A DNA stretch of 59,713 nt. Source: Geodermatophilus sp. (GTDB lineage Bacteria > Actinomycetota > Actinomycetes > Mycobacteriales > Geodermatophilaceae). Location of the stretch: NCBI GenBank assembly GCA_035474935.1, contig DATIMX010000319.1, positions 1 to 59,713 on the forward strand, given 5' to 3'. Numbering within the stretch: position 1 is the first letter of the stretch; each line of letters begins with the position of its first letter. The translations under genes and the position numbers were made by a program. This document shows, piece after piece, positions 1-8,961 of this stretch. Below the pieces are notes generated by a model that ran no database searches, had not been told where the DNA came from, and was given only the letters and a program-made list of their open reading frames with translations.

Positions 1-850
1 CGGCGCAGGCGAAGGTCTGGACGAGCTCGCCGATGCCGTCGACGTGGCTGCGCAGGACATCCCCCGGACCGAGGAACCGGGGCGGTGTCCTCCCCACACC
101 GACGCCGGGAGGAGTCCCGGTGAACAGGACGTCGCCGGGGAAGAGCTCGACGGTGCGGGAGAGGTACTCGATCAGCTCCGGCACGGGGAAGACCATCTGC
201 GAGGTGCGGCTGCGCTGGACGACCTCGCCGTTGATCGTGGCGCCGAGTTCGAGGTCCTCCGGGTCGTCGAGCTCGTCGATCGTCACCAGAGCCGGTCCGA
301 TGGGCGCGAACCCGCGATGGGACTTCGCCAGGCTGAACTGCGGTGCCGGTCCGGACATCTGGCCTCGGCGCTCGGACAGGTCCTGCCCGACGGACAACCC
401 GGCGACGGCGTCCCAGGCACCAGCGGCGGGGATGTCGCGGCCACCGCGGCCGATCACCACCACGAGCTCGACCTCCCAGTCCACCGATCCGGGTGGCAGG
501 ACCACCGTCGTGACCGGGCCCGAGATCGCCGAGGCGAACTTCGTGAAGACCACTGGTGCTTCGGGGGGCGCCATGCCGGCCTCGGCGGCGTGGTCGGCGT
601 AGTTGAGGCCGACGGCGAAGATCTGCCGCGGCTGCGGCGACGGTGCCCCGAGCCGGGCGGGATCGATGTCACCGGTGTCGGGCGGGGCGAGGACACTGCC
701 GTTCTCCCCGTACCACGCGACGAACTCCGCCCACCGGTCGTAGACCTCCTGCGGAGCGCCGGAGAAGTGACCGCGGCTGGCCGCGGCGACATCGACGAGG
801 CCGCTGGGCGTCGACACCTGCAGGCGGCCATCGAGGTTGAGCAACCGCAC
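1..850 (-). CDS. Fumarylacetoacetate hydrolase family protein (3' end runs off the window)
   Basis: Read manually because it is absent from the ORF track. GTG at 850 gives MRLLNLDGRLQ, followed by FAH-family motifs IFAVGLNYADHAAE, DWEVELVVVIG, FSLAKS and LFPGDVLFTGTPPGVG. Confidence 0.9.
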   Translation of the reverse strand, partial: MRLLNLDGRLQVSTPSGLVDVAAASRGHFSGAPQEVYDRWAEFVAWYGENGSVLAPPDTGDIDPARLGAPSPQPRQIFAVGLNYADHAAEAGMAPPEAPVVFTKFASAISGPVTTVVLPPGSVDWEVELVVVIGRGGRDIPAAGAWDAVAGLSVGQDLSERRGQMSGPAPQFSLAKSHRGFAPIGPALVTIDELDDPEDLELGATINGEVVQRSRTSQMVFPVPELIEYLSRTVELFPGDVLFTGTPPGVGVGRTPPRFLGPGDVLRSHVDGIGELVQTFACA

Positions 851-906
851 CTGGTCTCCGTTCGTCAGTCGTCGATGCTGGGGTCGACCGGCGCGGCAGC
901 GCGGGA

Positions 907-1710
907 TCAGTCGCCTGCCGAGTCCTGCCAGAACACGTCGACCAGTCGATCGACGATGTCCTGCATCTGCTGCAGGGCCTCCGGGATGCGGGCGCGTCCG
1001 AATCGGTACCGCGGACCGTTGAGGGTCAGGACCGCCACCAAGGTCCCGGACGAGTCCCGCACCGGTCGTGACAGCGAGATGAGTTCTTCCTCGAGTTCGT
1101 TGTCCATGACCGCGAACCCCTGCTCCCGGATCTGGTCCAGCTCCCTCAGCAGGACGGCCCGGTCGGTGATCGTGTGCGCGGTGTAGGCCTCGAGCTTCTC
1201 GGGCAGCATCGCGACGACCTTCTCGGTCGGCATCTCGGCGAGCAGCACCTTGCCGGAGGAGCTGGCGTGCAGGGGATACCGCTGGCCGACCATGTGCTGG
1301 GACATGCCGCTCCGGATGCCGACGAGGTGCGAACCGAAGGCCTCGGCGACCAGGTCCAGTCCGTCATGGAGATTCGGGACGGACAAGGTCACCGACTCGT
1401 TGAACTTGTCCGCCAGCTCCTGCAGCAGCGGTTGTGCCCTGGCGACCAGTCCGGCGTAGGGATCGGCGTGGCGCCCGAGCCGCGCCATCTCCCACCCGAG
1501 GATGTAGTTGTGGTCGATCCGGTCCACCAGGCCGGTCCGCTCGAGGCTGTAGAGCAGGCGGAAAGCGGTGGGACGGGAGATGCCCACCGCCTTCGCGAGC
1601 GTGGTCACGGTGGCCCCCGTGCGCGGTTGCGCAGCCAGTTCCCGTAGCAGCCGCACTGCCTTCGTCACCGACTTGTTGGCGATGTCCGCCGATTCCGCTG
1701 CCTCGCTCAT
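907..1710 (-). CDS. IclR family transcriptional regulator
   Basis: N-terminal wHTH (SVTKAVRLLRELA...TLAKAVGISRPTAFRLLYSL) and IclR effector domain (PLHASSSGKVLLA, IREQGFAVMDNELEE). ATG at 1710 follows a GGAG RBS. Confidence 0.93.
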   Translation of the reverse strand: MSEAAESADIANKSVTKAVRLLRELAAQPRTGATVTTLAKAVGISRPTAFRLLYSLERTGLVDRIDHNYILGWEMARLGRHADPYAGLVARAQPLLQELADKFNESVTLSVPNLHDGLDLVAEAFGSHLVGIRSGMSQHMVGQRYPLHASSSGKVLLAEMPTEKVVAMLPEKLEAYTAHTITDRAVLLRELDQIREQGFAVMDNELEEELISLSRPVRDSSGTLVAVLTLNGPRYRFGRARIPEALQQMQDIVDRLVDVFWQDSAGD

Positions 1711-1786
1711 GCCGCTCCTTCGTCGATCCGTGGGCACCTGCCGCGACGGGTGCGCCGGCATTCCCGACCGACTCTAACCTGCTGGT

Positions 1787-1801
1787 GTTCAGATATTGAA
1801 C
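1787..1801. promoter_or_regulatory. Putative IclR operator GTTCA-gatat-TGAAC upstream of iclR
   Basis: Palindromic half-sites. The same motif recurs at four other promoters in the island. Confidence 0.7.
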
Positions 1802-1921
1802 GCAGTTATCCGGACTGGGACGCGGGCGCGGAAGGGAGGGAGTGCCCGTCCCGTGCGTGTCCCGGTGCCGGTGAGGTGCCGGGTCCCCGAGGCCGCACGG
1901 GAGGGCGATGGCGGAACCTCG

Positions 1922-3268
1922 TCAGGTCGCGGAGCCGACGCGGGCCGCGGTCCGGGAACGGGCGGGGTCCAGGCCGCCGGTGATCTCACGGGCAGTGCGC
2001 AGGGCGCTCTCGACGGCGCCGTCGATGAAGCCGGCCCACAGGTTCGCGATGTCGCTGCTGGCGAAGTGGAGGACGCCCTCGGAGGCCTGCTGTGCGGCCA
2101 GGTAGCGGGTGACCTGCCCCGGGCGGTTCATGAGCCAGGTCTCCCGCGAGTACGGGTCGCTCATCCAGTCGTGACCGGTCACCTCCAGCACCTCGAGGTC
2201 GTTCCGCCACACGCGGAGCGCGCGCTGGACCGCGTCGCGGTCGGTCACGTCCAGGCGTGTCGAGTCGGCGCCGAACCCGACCAGGACCGCGTCGTCGTCG
2301 CCGATGTACTCGGTGCGGACCACGGACAGCGGCTCGGCAGCCCGGGAGTAGGCGAAGAACGGCGTGATCGGACCGCGCACCCGGATCCAGACCTTGGTGC
2401 CACGCGAGGCGGCCTTCTCCCGGCTCGCGGCGAGCTTGCCCTCGTTGAGCGGGGGAGAGACGTCGAGGTCCCCGATGATGTTCTGCGGCAGGGTCAGCAC
2501 CACCCGCCGCGCCGTGACGACCTGGCCGTCGGCCAGGTGGACGCGGGCGCCGTCCGCATCGTGCTCGATGCGCCGCACCTCCGCGCCGGTGCGGAGGTCC
2601 GCGTCCGTGTCCGCGGCGATGGCCGCCACGAGGGCCTTGGTGCCCCCGGCCAGCCGGAAGACGGCGGAGGCCTCGTGCATGAGGTGCCACGAGCCTGCGG
2701 TGGCCGCGGTCCAGCGCAGCGCCGAAGTGAAGGCGCCGTCGGGTAGGGGCGCGTTGAAGTGCCCGACCCAGGCGGCCTCGTTGGCGTGGTACTCCTCGAC
2801 GCCCAGCTGCAGCTCGTCGAGTTTGTCCTGGACGCTGTGCCGGTCCGCCTCGGCGAGCGCCGGCGCCGCGGTGGGGTCGTCCGGGCGGGGGATGAACCTC
2901 ATCGTGTCGGCGAGCAGCCGACGCATCCCGGGGTCGATCAGCTGCATGAACTCATCGAGCGTGCCGCGACGGACCTCGTCGCCGGCGAGCCAGTAGGCCT
3001 CCTCCGGGCGTGGGCCGCGGGTCACCCCCAGTCCGTACCGGGTGACCTCGGCCCACGCGTGCGGCTGCACCCAGTGCAGCCAGTTCCCGCCGATCTCGAG
3101 GTCCCGGCCGAGTCGGTGGTCGGTGAACACCCGTCCGCCGAGCCGCTCCCGCGCCTCGAGCACCACCACGTCGAACCCGCTCCGGGACAGTTCGCGGGCA
3201 GTGACGAGCCCGGCTATGCCACCCCCGACGACGACGACGTCGACTTCCCGGTCAGTGCTGCCCGCCAT
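1922..3268 (-). CDS. Flavin-dependent amine oxidase (MAO-N / NicA2-like clade)
   Basis: GGGIAG Rossmann motif, LEARERLGGR, EIGGNWLHWVQPHAWAEVTRYGL and C-terminal WAGFIDGAVESALR. Confidence 0.9.
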   Translation of the reverse strand: MAGSTDREVDVVVVGGGIAGLVTARELSRSGFDVVVLEARERLGGRVFTDHRLGRDLEIGGNWLHWVQPHAWAEVTRYGLGVTRGPRPEEAYWLAGDEVRRGTLDEFMQLIDPGMRRLLADTMRFIPRPDDPTAAPALAEADRHSVQDKLDELQLGVEEYHANEAAWVGHFNAPLPDGAFTSALRWTAATAGSWHLMHEASAVFRLAGGTKALVAAIAADTDADLRTGAEVRRIEHDADGARVHLADGQVVTARRVVLTLPQNIIGDLDVSPPLNEGKLAASREKAASRGTKVWIRVRGPITPFFAYSRAAEPLSVVRTEYIGDDDAVLVGFGADSTRLDVTDRDAVQRALRVWRNDLEVLEVTGHDWMSDPYSRETWLMNRPGQVTRYLAAQQASEGVLHFASSDIANLWAGFIDGAVESALRTAREITGGLDPARSRTAARVGSAT

Positions 3269-3320
3269 GGTCCGCTCCTCGCATCACGACATGTCGACCT
3301 CGCCGAGGCCTCTGAGGTCC

Positions 3321-3380
3321 GTTCATTGAACGAACACTGTGTTCATTTCTTAGGTTGAGCTGTGCGTCACAGCTTGTCAA
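3321..3380 (-). promoter_or_regulatory. Amine oxidase promoter with operator
   Basis: Box GTTCA-ttgaa-CGAAC at 3321-3335 and a half box GTTCA at 3341. Minus-strand TTGACA (3380-3375)-N17-CAACCT. Confidence 0.6.
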
Positions 3381-3689
3381 GGCCGTGCAGCGAAGACCGG
3401 CTCCCGTCGCCGGCCGGCACCGGGCGGTCCAGAGCGTCCGGGCGTGCGCGGCGCGCGAGCGATGGCAGCGGTGCGGCACGGGCGTGTGGTGGCCCGAGCG
3501 CTCACGTGGCGACCTTCCGCCTCTGCGTGTCACCGGGCTGTTGTGCCGAGTTCCGCGCCGTTCGCGGCGAGGGCGGGAGTCGCCCGGCGTCCGGCCGTGG
3601 TGCAGGGCGGCGTCCTCGACCGAGATCTCGCGGCGGCGCCGCCCGGTGCGGCCCCCCGGCCAGGGGGTCCGAGCGAACGAGACGGACTC

Positions 3690-3744
3690 TTGACGGCACC
3701 TGAGGCCGCTGTCACACTTTGGACGCGGTGTTCACTTGATGAAC
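3690..3744 (+). promoter_or_regulatory. MFS operon promoter with tandem operators
   Basis: TTGACG(3690)-N17-CACACT(3713). Boxes TGTCA-N5-TGGAC (3710) and GTTCA-N5-TGAAC (3730). Confidence 0.7.
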
Positions 3745-3889
3745 GGACGGGGCCGCTGCACCGACGGTGGAGGCAGGACGCGCCAGCACTGCATCGCCGA
3801 CCAACCGCCCATACGCATGGCGACCACCCCGTCGCCTGGCCGTCGTCCGCACCGCGGTGACGACGACCGATCCCCCTAGGAGCGAACTG

Positions 3890-5242
3890 GTGACAACGGA
3901 CGACAGGTCTGTCGGGAAGACCCACCGCGACCCGGCAGCGAAACGGCGCTTCCTGATCAGGCTGACCGCCGTCCTCTGCGGCGGGATGTTCATCGACGGG
4001 TACATCCTCGGGATCATCGGGACGGTGATCGGCAGGATCACCACCGATCTGGAGTTCTCGGTGCTCTGGGAGGGCCTGATCGCGGCGGCCGCGCTGCTCG
4101 GCATCTTCATCGGGTCACCGATCGGTGGCTGGCTGTCCGACAAGTTCGGCCGCAAGCCGCTGTTCATGGCCGACATGGCGCTGTTCCTCGTCGCCTCGGC
4201 CGCGCAGTTCTTCGTCGACTCCGCCTGGCAGCTGTTCCTGGTGCGGCTGCTGATGGGCATCGCGATCGGCGCCGAGTACTCCGTCGGCTGGCCGCTGATG
4301 TCGGAGTTCTCCCCCGCTCGGGTGCGGGGACGGCTGCTGGCCCTGAGCGAGGTCGCCTGGTACGTCGGGTTCGCGGTCGCGTTCCTCGTGGGCTACGTGC
4401 TGACCACCACGACCGACGTGGGGTGGCGGTTCATCCTTGGCACCAGCACGATCATCGCGGTGGTCCTGATCCTCGCTCGGATCGGCCTGCCCGAGTCGCC
4501 GCGCTGGCTGTGGAACCAGGGCCGCCGCGACGAGGCCCACGCGGTCGCGCACGAGTACATGGAGAACCCCGCCGACATCACCGACGTCGAGCACGAGGAC
4601 ACCCGCAAGGGCAGCTTCGGGATGCTCTTCTCCCCGCAGTACTGGCGGGCCACGACCTTCATCTCGGTGTTCTGGTTCTGCGCCGTCACGCCGTACTTCG
4701 CGATCGCCACCTTCGCCGCCAGCGTGCTGGAGGACTACGGTCTCGGTGACGGGCTGGCCGGGGCGGTCGGGCTCACCGCGCTCGCTGCCCTCGGGGTCGT
4801 GCTGTCGACGGCCCTGGTCGACCGGGTCGGCCGCCGTCCGCTGACCATCCCGCCGCAGTGGCTGTGCGCCGTGGTCCTCGCGGTCATCGGTCTGTGGGCC
4901 GGTGCGCCCGCGGCGGTCGTGCTGGTTTGCTTCCTCGTCTTCTCGTTCTTCAACGCGGGGTACACGGCACTGACCGGCGTCTACCCGAGCGAGGTCCTGC
5001 CGACCGAGATCCGGGGGCTCGGCACGGGCTTCGCGTGCTCCGTCAGCCGGATCGGGGCCGCTGCGGGCACCTTCCTGCTGCCGTGGTCCATGGAGAACAT
5101 CGGGACCGGACCGACCATGCTGATCGCCGCCGGCATCTGCGCCGTCGGCGCCGGGGTGTCCCAGGTCCTGGCTCCCGAGACGAAGGGCAAGCTCCTCAGC
5201 GAGACCTCGGCCGGGTACCAGAAGGCCCTCGTCGCCCACTAG
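3890..5242 (+). CDS. MFS transporter (sugar porter-like / YaaU-like)
   Basis: About 12 hydrophobic segments with motifs GWLSDKFGRKP, PESPRWL, VDRVGRRP and PETKGK. AGGAG precedes GTG 3890. Confidence 0.9.
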   Translation: MTTDDRSVGKTHRDPAAKRRFLIRLTAVLCGGMFIDGYILGIIGTVIGRITTDLEFSVLWEGLIAAAALLGIFIGSPIGGWLSDKFGRKPLFMADMALFLVASAAQFFVDSAWQLFLVRLLMGIAIGAEYSVGWPLMSEFSPARVRGRLLALSEVAWYVGFAVAFLVGYVLTTTTDVGWRFILGTSTIIAVVLILARIGLPESPRWLWNQGRRDEAHAVAHEYMENPADITDVEHEDTRKGSFGMLFSPQYWRATTFISVFWFCAVTPYFAIATFAASVLEDYGLGDGLAGAVGLTALAALGVVLSTALVDRVGRRPLTIPPQWLCAVVLAVIGLWAGAPAAVVLVCFLVFSFFNAGYTALTGVYPSEVLPTEIRGLGTGFACSVSRIGAAAGTFLLPWSMENIGTGPTMLIAAGICAVGAGVSQVLAPETKGKLLSETSAGYQKALVAH

Positions 5243-5360
5243 GAGCAGTCCCACCTGGGCGGGGCGCCTGCAGGTCGACCTCCGCACCGCGGGCGCCCCC
5301 CGCTCCACCCCCTGATCGACCCCCGCGCGGGTCTTCGTGCCGAACCAAGGAGTCATCGAC

Positions 5361-6569
5361 ATGTCGACGATCTTCGACGCCGTCACCGCCCTGACCAACG
5401 GGGGCATGGTCCTCGTCGTCGACGACGAGGACCGCGAGAACGAGGGCGACCTCATCATGGCCGCCGAGTACGCGAGCACCGACGCCGTCGCGTTCTTCCT
5501 GGAACACACGTCGGGGTTCCTCTGCGTGGCCATCGACGAGGCCCGCGCGGACGCCCTCGGCCTCGGGCTGATGGTCCCGGACAACACCGAGGTCCACCGG
5601 ACGGCGTTCCTGGTCAGCGTCGACTACCGGCACGGGACCACGAGCGGCATCAGCGCCGGCGACCGCGCGGCGACCATCCGTGCCCTGGCCGACCCGGCGC
5701 TCGACCCCGCCGACCTCGCCCGCCCCGGTCACGTGATGCCGCTGCTGGCCAAGCCGGGCGGCGTGCTCGAGCGCCCCGGGCACACCGAGGCCGGGGTCGA
5801 CCTGTGCCGCATGGCGGGGTTGAGCGGTGCGGCACTGCTCTGCGAGATCGTCACCCCCGACCGGCGGGCGATGATGCGCCGCGACGGCCTCGCGGAGTTG
5901 GCCGCGGCCCACGGGATCCCGATGATCACGATCGCGGACCTGCGGGCGTGGCGCGCGCAGGTGGAGGGGGCCGTGACCCGCTCCGGGCACGCGTCCCTGC
6001 CCACCGAGGTCGGTGAGTTCGAGGCGATCGCCTACACCTCGCCGCGCGAGGACGTCGAGCACCTGGCCCTGGTCATGGGTGATGTCAGCGCCGCCGACGC
6101 GCCGTTGGTCCGGGTGCACAGCGAGTGCCTCACCGGGGACCTCGCGGGGTCCCTGCGCTGCGACTGCGGCACCCAGTTCCGGTCGGCGCTGAGCGCGATC
6201 GCCGACGCCGGCGCGGGCGTCCTGGTCTACCTCCGCGGACACGAGGGCCGCGGCATCGGTCTGGGCCACAAGCTGCGCGCCTACGAGCTCCAGCAGTACG
6301 AGGGCCTCGACACCGTCGACGCCAACGTCAGCCTCGGCCTGCCGGTGGACAGCCGCGACTACCGCGCCGCCTGCGAGATCCTCGACGACCTCGGGGTGCG
6401 CAGCGTGCGGCTGATGACCAACAACCCCGACAAGGCGCGGGCGCTGACCGAGCACGGGATCACCGTCGCCGAGCGGGTCGCCCACGAGTCGCTGCCCAAC
6501 CCCTACAACTGGTCGTACCTGGCCGCCAAGCGCGACCGCCTGGGTCACACCCTGCAGCGACTCGGCTGA
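5361..6569 (+). CDS. ribBA: Bifunctional DHBP synthase / GTP cyclohydrolase II
   Basis: VVDDEDRENEGD, TTSGISAGDRA, RPGHTEA, VRVHSECLTGD, SLRCDCG, HEGRGIGL and LMTNNPDK. Confidence 0.95.
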   Translation: MSTIFDAVTALTNGGMVLVVDDEDRENEGDLIMAAEYASTDAVAFFLEHTSGFLCVAIDEARADALGLGLMVPDNTEVHRTAFLVSVDYRHGTTSGISAGDRAATIRALADPALDPADLARPGHVMPLLAKPGGVLERPGHTEAGVDLCRMAGLSGAALLCEIVTPDRRAMMRRDGLAELAAAHGIPMITIADLRAWRAQVEGAVTRSGHASLPTEVGEFEAIAYTSPREDVEHLALVMGDVSAADAPLVRVHSECLTGDLAGSLRCDCGTQFRSALSAIADAGAGVLVYLRGHEGRGIGLGHKLRAYELQQYEGLDTVDANVSLGLPVDSRDYRAACEILDDLGVRSVRLMTNNPDKARALTEHGITVAERVAHESLPNPYNWSYLAAKRDRLGHTLQRLG

Positions 6570-6685
6570 GCCGACCACGGACGGTCGCGGAGCGGCGATC
6601 GCTGGCGCCGCACCGCGGTGTCCGGCCGCCGCCCACCAACCACCCACGACCGCTCGGCGCGTGCCGGGCGCGGGGAGGAAACCAC

Positions 6686-7783
6686 ATGTCGTTGCCCAGG
6701 ACGATGTCCGCCGTCCTCCTCACCGGACACGGCGGTCTGGAGAAGCTCGAGTACCGGACGGACGTGCCCGTGCCCCGCCCCGGGAGCGGTGAGGTGCTCA
6801 TCCAGGTCGCCGCCGCCGGGATCAACAACACGGATGTGAACACGCGGATCGGCTGGTATTCGAAGGCCGTCACCTCCGAGACCGGAGAAGGCGGAGCAGC
6901 CGGTTTCGACGCCGTCGACGACGTGGACGCCACGTGGTCGGGGAGAGCTCTCGAGTTCCCGCGCATCCAGGGCGCCGACGTCTGCGGTCACATCGTCGAC
7001 GTGGGTGAGGGCGTCTCCCGCCAACGCATCGGCGAACGAGTCCTCGTCCGCAACATGCTGCGCACACCGGTCGGCTACCGGCCGTTCGAGTGCTGGACCT
7101 TCGGCAGCGAGTGTGACGGTGGGTTCGCACAGTTCACGATCGCTCCCTCTCGAGAGACGTATGCCGTGCGCAGTGACCTGAGCGACGAGCAACTCGCGGC
7201 TGTGCCCTGCGCCTATTCCACGGCGGAGAACATGCTGCACCGAGCCGCGGTGACGGCGGAGCGGGTGCTCGTGACAGGAGCCTCCGGGGGAGTGGGACTC
7301 GCCGCGGTGCAGCTCGCCAAGCGCCGGGGCGCGACGGTCACCGCGGTGTGCTCGGCGGCGAAGGCCGCCGACGTGATGGCCCAGGGTGCTGATCGGACCG
7401 TCGATCGCGGCGAGGACCTGGTCCGCAGCCTCGGCAGGGCATCCGTCGACGTGGTGATCGATCTCGTCGGCGGTCCTCAGTTCTCGGAGTTGTTGGACCT
7501 GTTGCGGCCAGGGGGTCGATACGCCATCGCGGGCGCCATCGGAGGACCGATCGCGCAGATCGACCTGCGAACGCTGTACCTCAAGGACCTCTCGCTCTTC
7601 GGCTGCACGTTCCAGGAGGACGAGGTCTTCGAGAACCTGGTCGGTTACGTCGAACGCGGCGAGGTGCGACCGGTGGTCTCCGGCACGTACCCCTTGAAGG
7701 AGATCGCCTCCGCGCAGGAGGCGTTCCTGACGAAGGGGCACATCGGGAAGTTGGTGCTCGTCCCGCCCGGTCGGGCTGCCTGA
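6686..7783 (+). CDS. MDR-family (Zn-type) alcohol dehydrogenase / quinone oxidoreductase
   Basis: FPRIQGADVCG, GSECDGGFAQF, VLVTGASGGVG and GHIGKLVL. GGAGG precedes ATG 6686. Confidence 0.88.
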   Translation: MSLPRTMSAVLLTGHGGLEKLEYRTDVPVPRPGSGEVLIQVAAAGINNTDVNTRIGWYSKAVTSETGEGGAAGFDAVDDVDATWSGRALEFPRIQGADVCGHIVDVGEGVSRQRIGERVLVRNMLRTPVGYRPFECWTFGSECDGGFAQFTIAPSRETYAVRSDLSDEQLAAVPCAYSTAENMLHRAAVTAERVLVTGASGGVGLAAVQLAKRRGATVTAVCSAAKAADVMAQGADRTVDRGEDLVRSLGRASVDVVIDLVGGPQFSELLDLLRPGGRYAIAGAIGGPIAQIDLRTLYLKDLSLFGCTFQEDEVFENLVGYVERGEVRPVVSGTYPLKEIASAQEAFLTKGHIGKLVLVPPGRAA

Positions 7784-7833
7784 CCACACCACCGTCCGTC
7801 AGCCAGTCAGTCCACGGATGGGAGAGGACGCAC

Positions 7834-8958
7834 ATGAAGATCTCGCGGATCGAGCTCTACACGACCGCACTGCCGTACTCGGGCGGGGTGTACCGGCTCT
7901 CCGCCGGCCGGACGTACGAGTCGTTCGACGCCTCCATCGTCCGGATCACCTGCGACGACGGCACCGAGGGCTGGGGGGAGAGCACCCCGTTCGGGTCGAC
8001 CTACATCGCCGCCCACTCGCTGGGGACCCGAGCCGGCATCGCCGAGCTGGCGCCGGCCCTGCTGGGACGGGACCCCCGTCAGACGGACCGGATCGCTGAC
8101 CTGATGGACAGCACCCTGGCCGGTCACAACCACGCCAAGACCCCCCTCGACGTGGCCTGCTGGGACGCCTTCGGCACGTCCGTGGGCCTCCCGGTGTGCG
8201 AACTCCTCGGTGGCTCGACGGGCACCCCGATGCCCATGATCTCCTCGATCCACGCGGGCGATCCGGAGGAGATGCGCGGACGGGTGGCCGAGCACCGGGC
8301 CAGGGGTTATCGGGGCCACTCGGTCAAGATCGGCGCATCGGACAGCGAAGGCGGGCCCTCGCTCGACGCCGAGCGCATCACCGCGTGCCTGGCCGACCGG
8401 CGCCCGGGCGAGTTCTTCCTGGTGGACGCCAACGGCGGGCTCCTACCGGAGACGGCTCTGCGCATGATCCAGCTGCTGCCCCGGGGACTGGACTTTGTTC
8501 TGGAAGCCCCCTGTGCCACGTGGCGGGAGACGATGTCCCTCCGCCGCCGGTGCCCGTACCCCATCGTGGTCGACGAGCTCGCCCAGCTCGACGAGGACAT
8601 CGCCCTGATCGCGGCGCAGGACATCGCCGACGGGATCGGGCTCAAGGTCTCCAAGGCCGGCGGGTTGACACCGGGCCGCCGCCACAGGGACATCGCCCGT
8701 GCCGCCGGACTCACCGTCAGCGTGCAGGACACCGTCGGCTCGTCGATCGCCTTCGCCGCGATCGTCCACCTGGGGGCGACCGTTCCTCTGCGGCTGCTCC
8801 GGTGCGTCCTCAACTGCGAGGACATGGTCTCGCTCAAGACAGCGCACGTCGACGCTCCCTTCACCGAGGGCGGGGTCCTGCCCGGCGGCTCGCCGGGCCT
8901 CGGACTCACGGTCGACGAGGACGCCCTCGGCGACCCGGACATGACGTGGGGTGACTAG
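7834..8958 (+). CDS. Mandelate racemase/muconate lactonizing enzyme family (hydroxyproline dehydratase / betaine epimerase-like)
   Basis: GWGESTPFG, AKTPLDVACWD, metal ligands in DAN/LEAP/VDE, LKVSKAGG and C-terminal PGLG. Confidence 0.85.
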   Translation: MKISRIELYTTALPYSGGVYRLSAGRTYESFDASIVRITCDDGTEGWGESTPFGSTYIAAHSLGTRAGIAELAPALLGRDPRQTDRIADLMDSTLAGHNHAKTPLDVACWDAFGTSVGLPVCELLGGSTGTPMPMISSIHAGDPEEMRGRVAEHRARGYRGHSVKIGASDSEGGPSLDAERITACLADRRPGEFFLVDANGGLLPETALRMIQLLPRGLDFVLEAPCATWRETMSLRRRCPYPIVVDELAQLDEDIALIAAQDIADGIGLKVSKAGGLTPGRRHRDIARAAGLTVSVQDTVGSSIAFAAIVHLGATVPLRLLRCVLNCEDMVSLKTAHVDAPFTEGGVLPGGSPGLGLTVDEDALGDPDMTWGD

Positions 8959-8961
8959 CCG

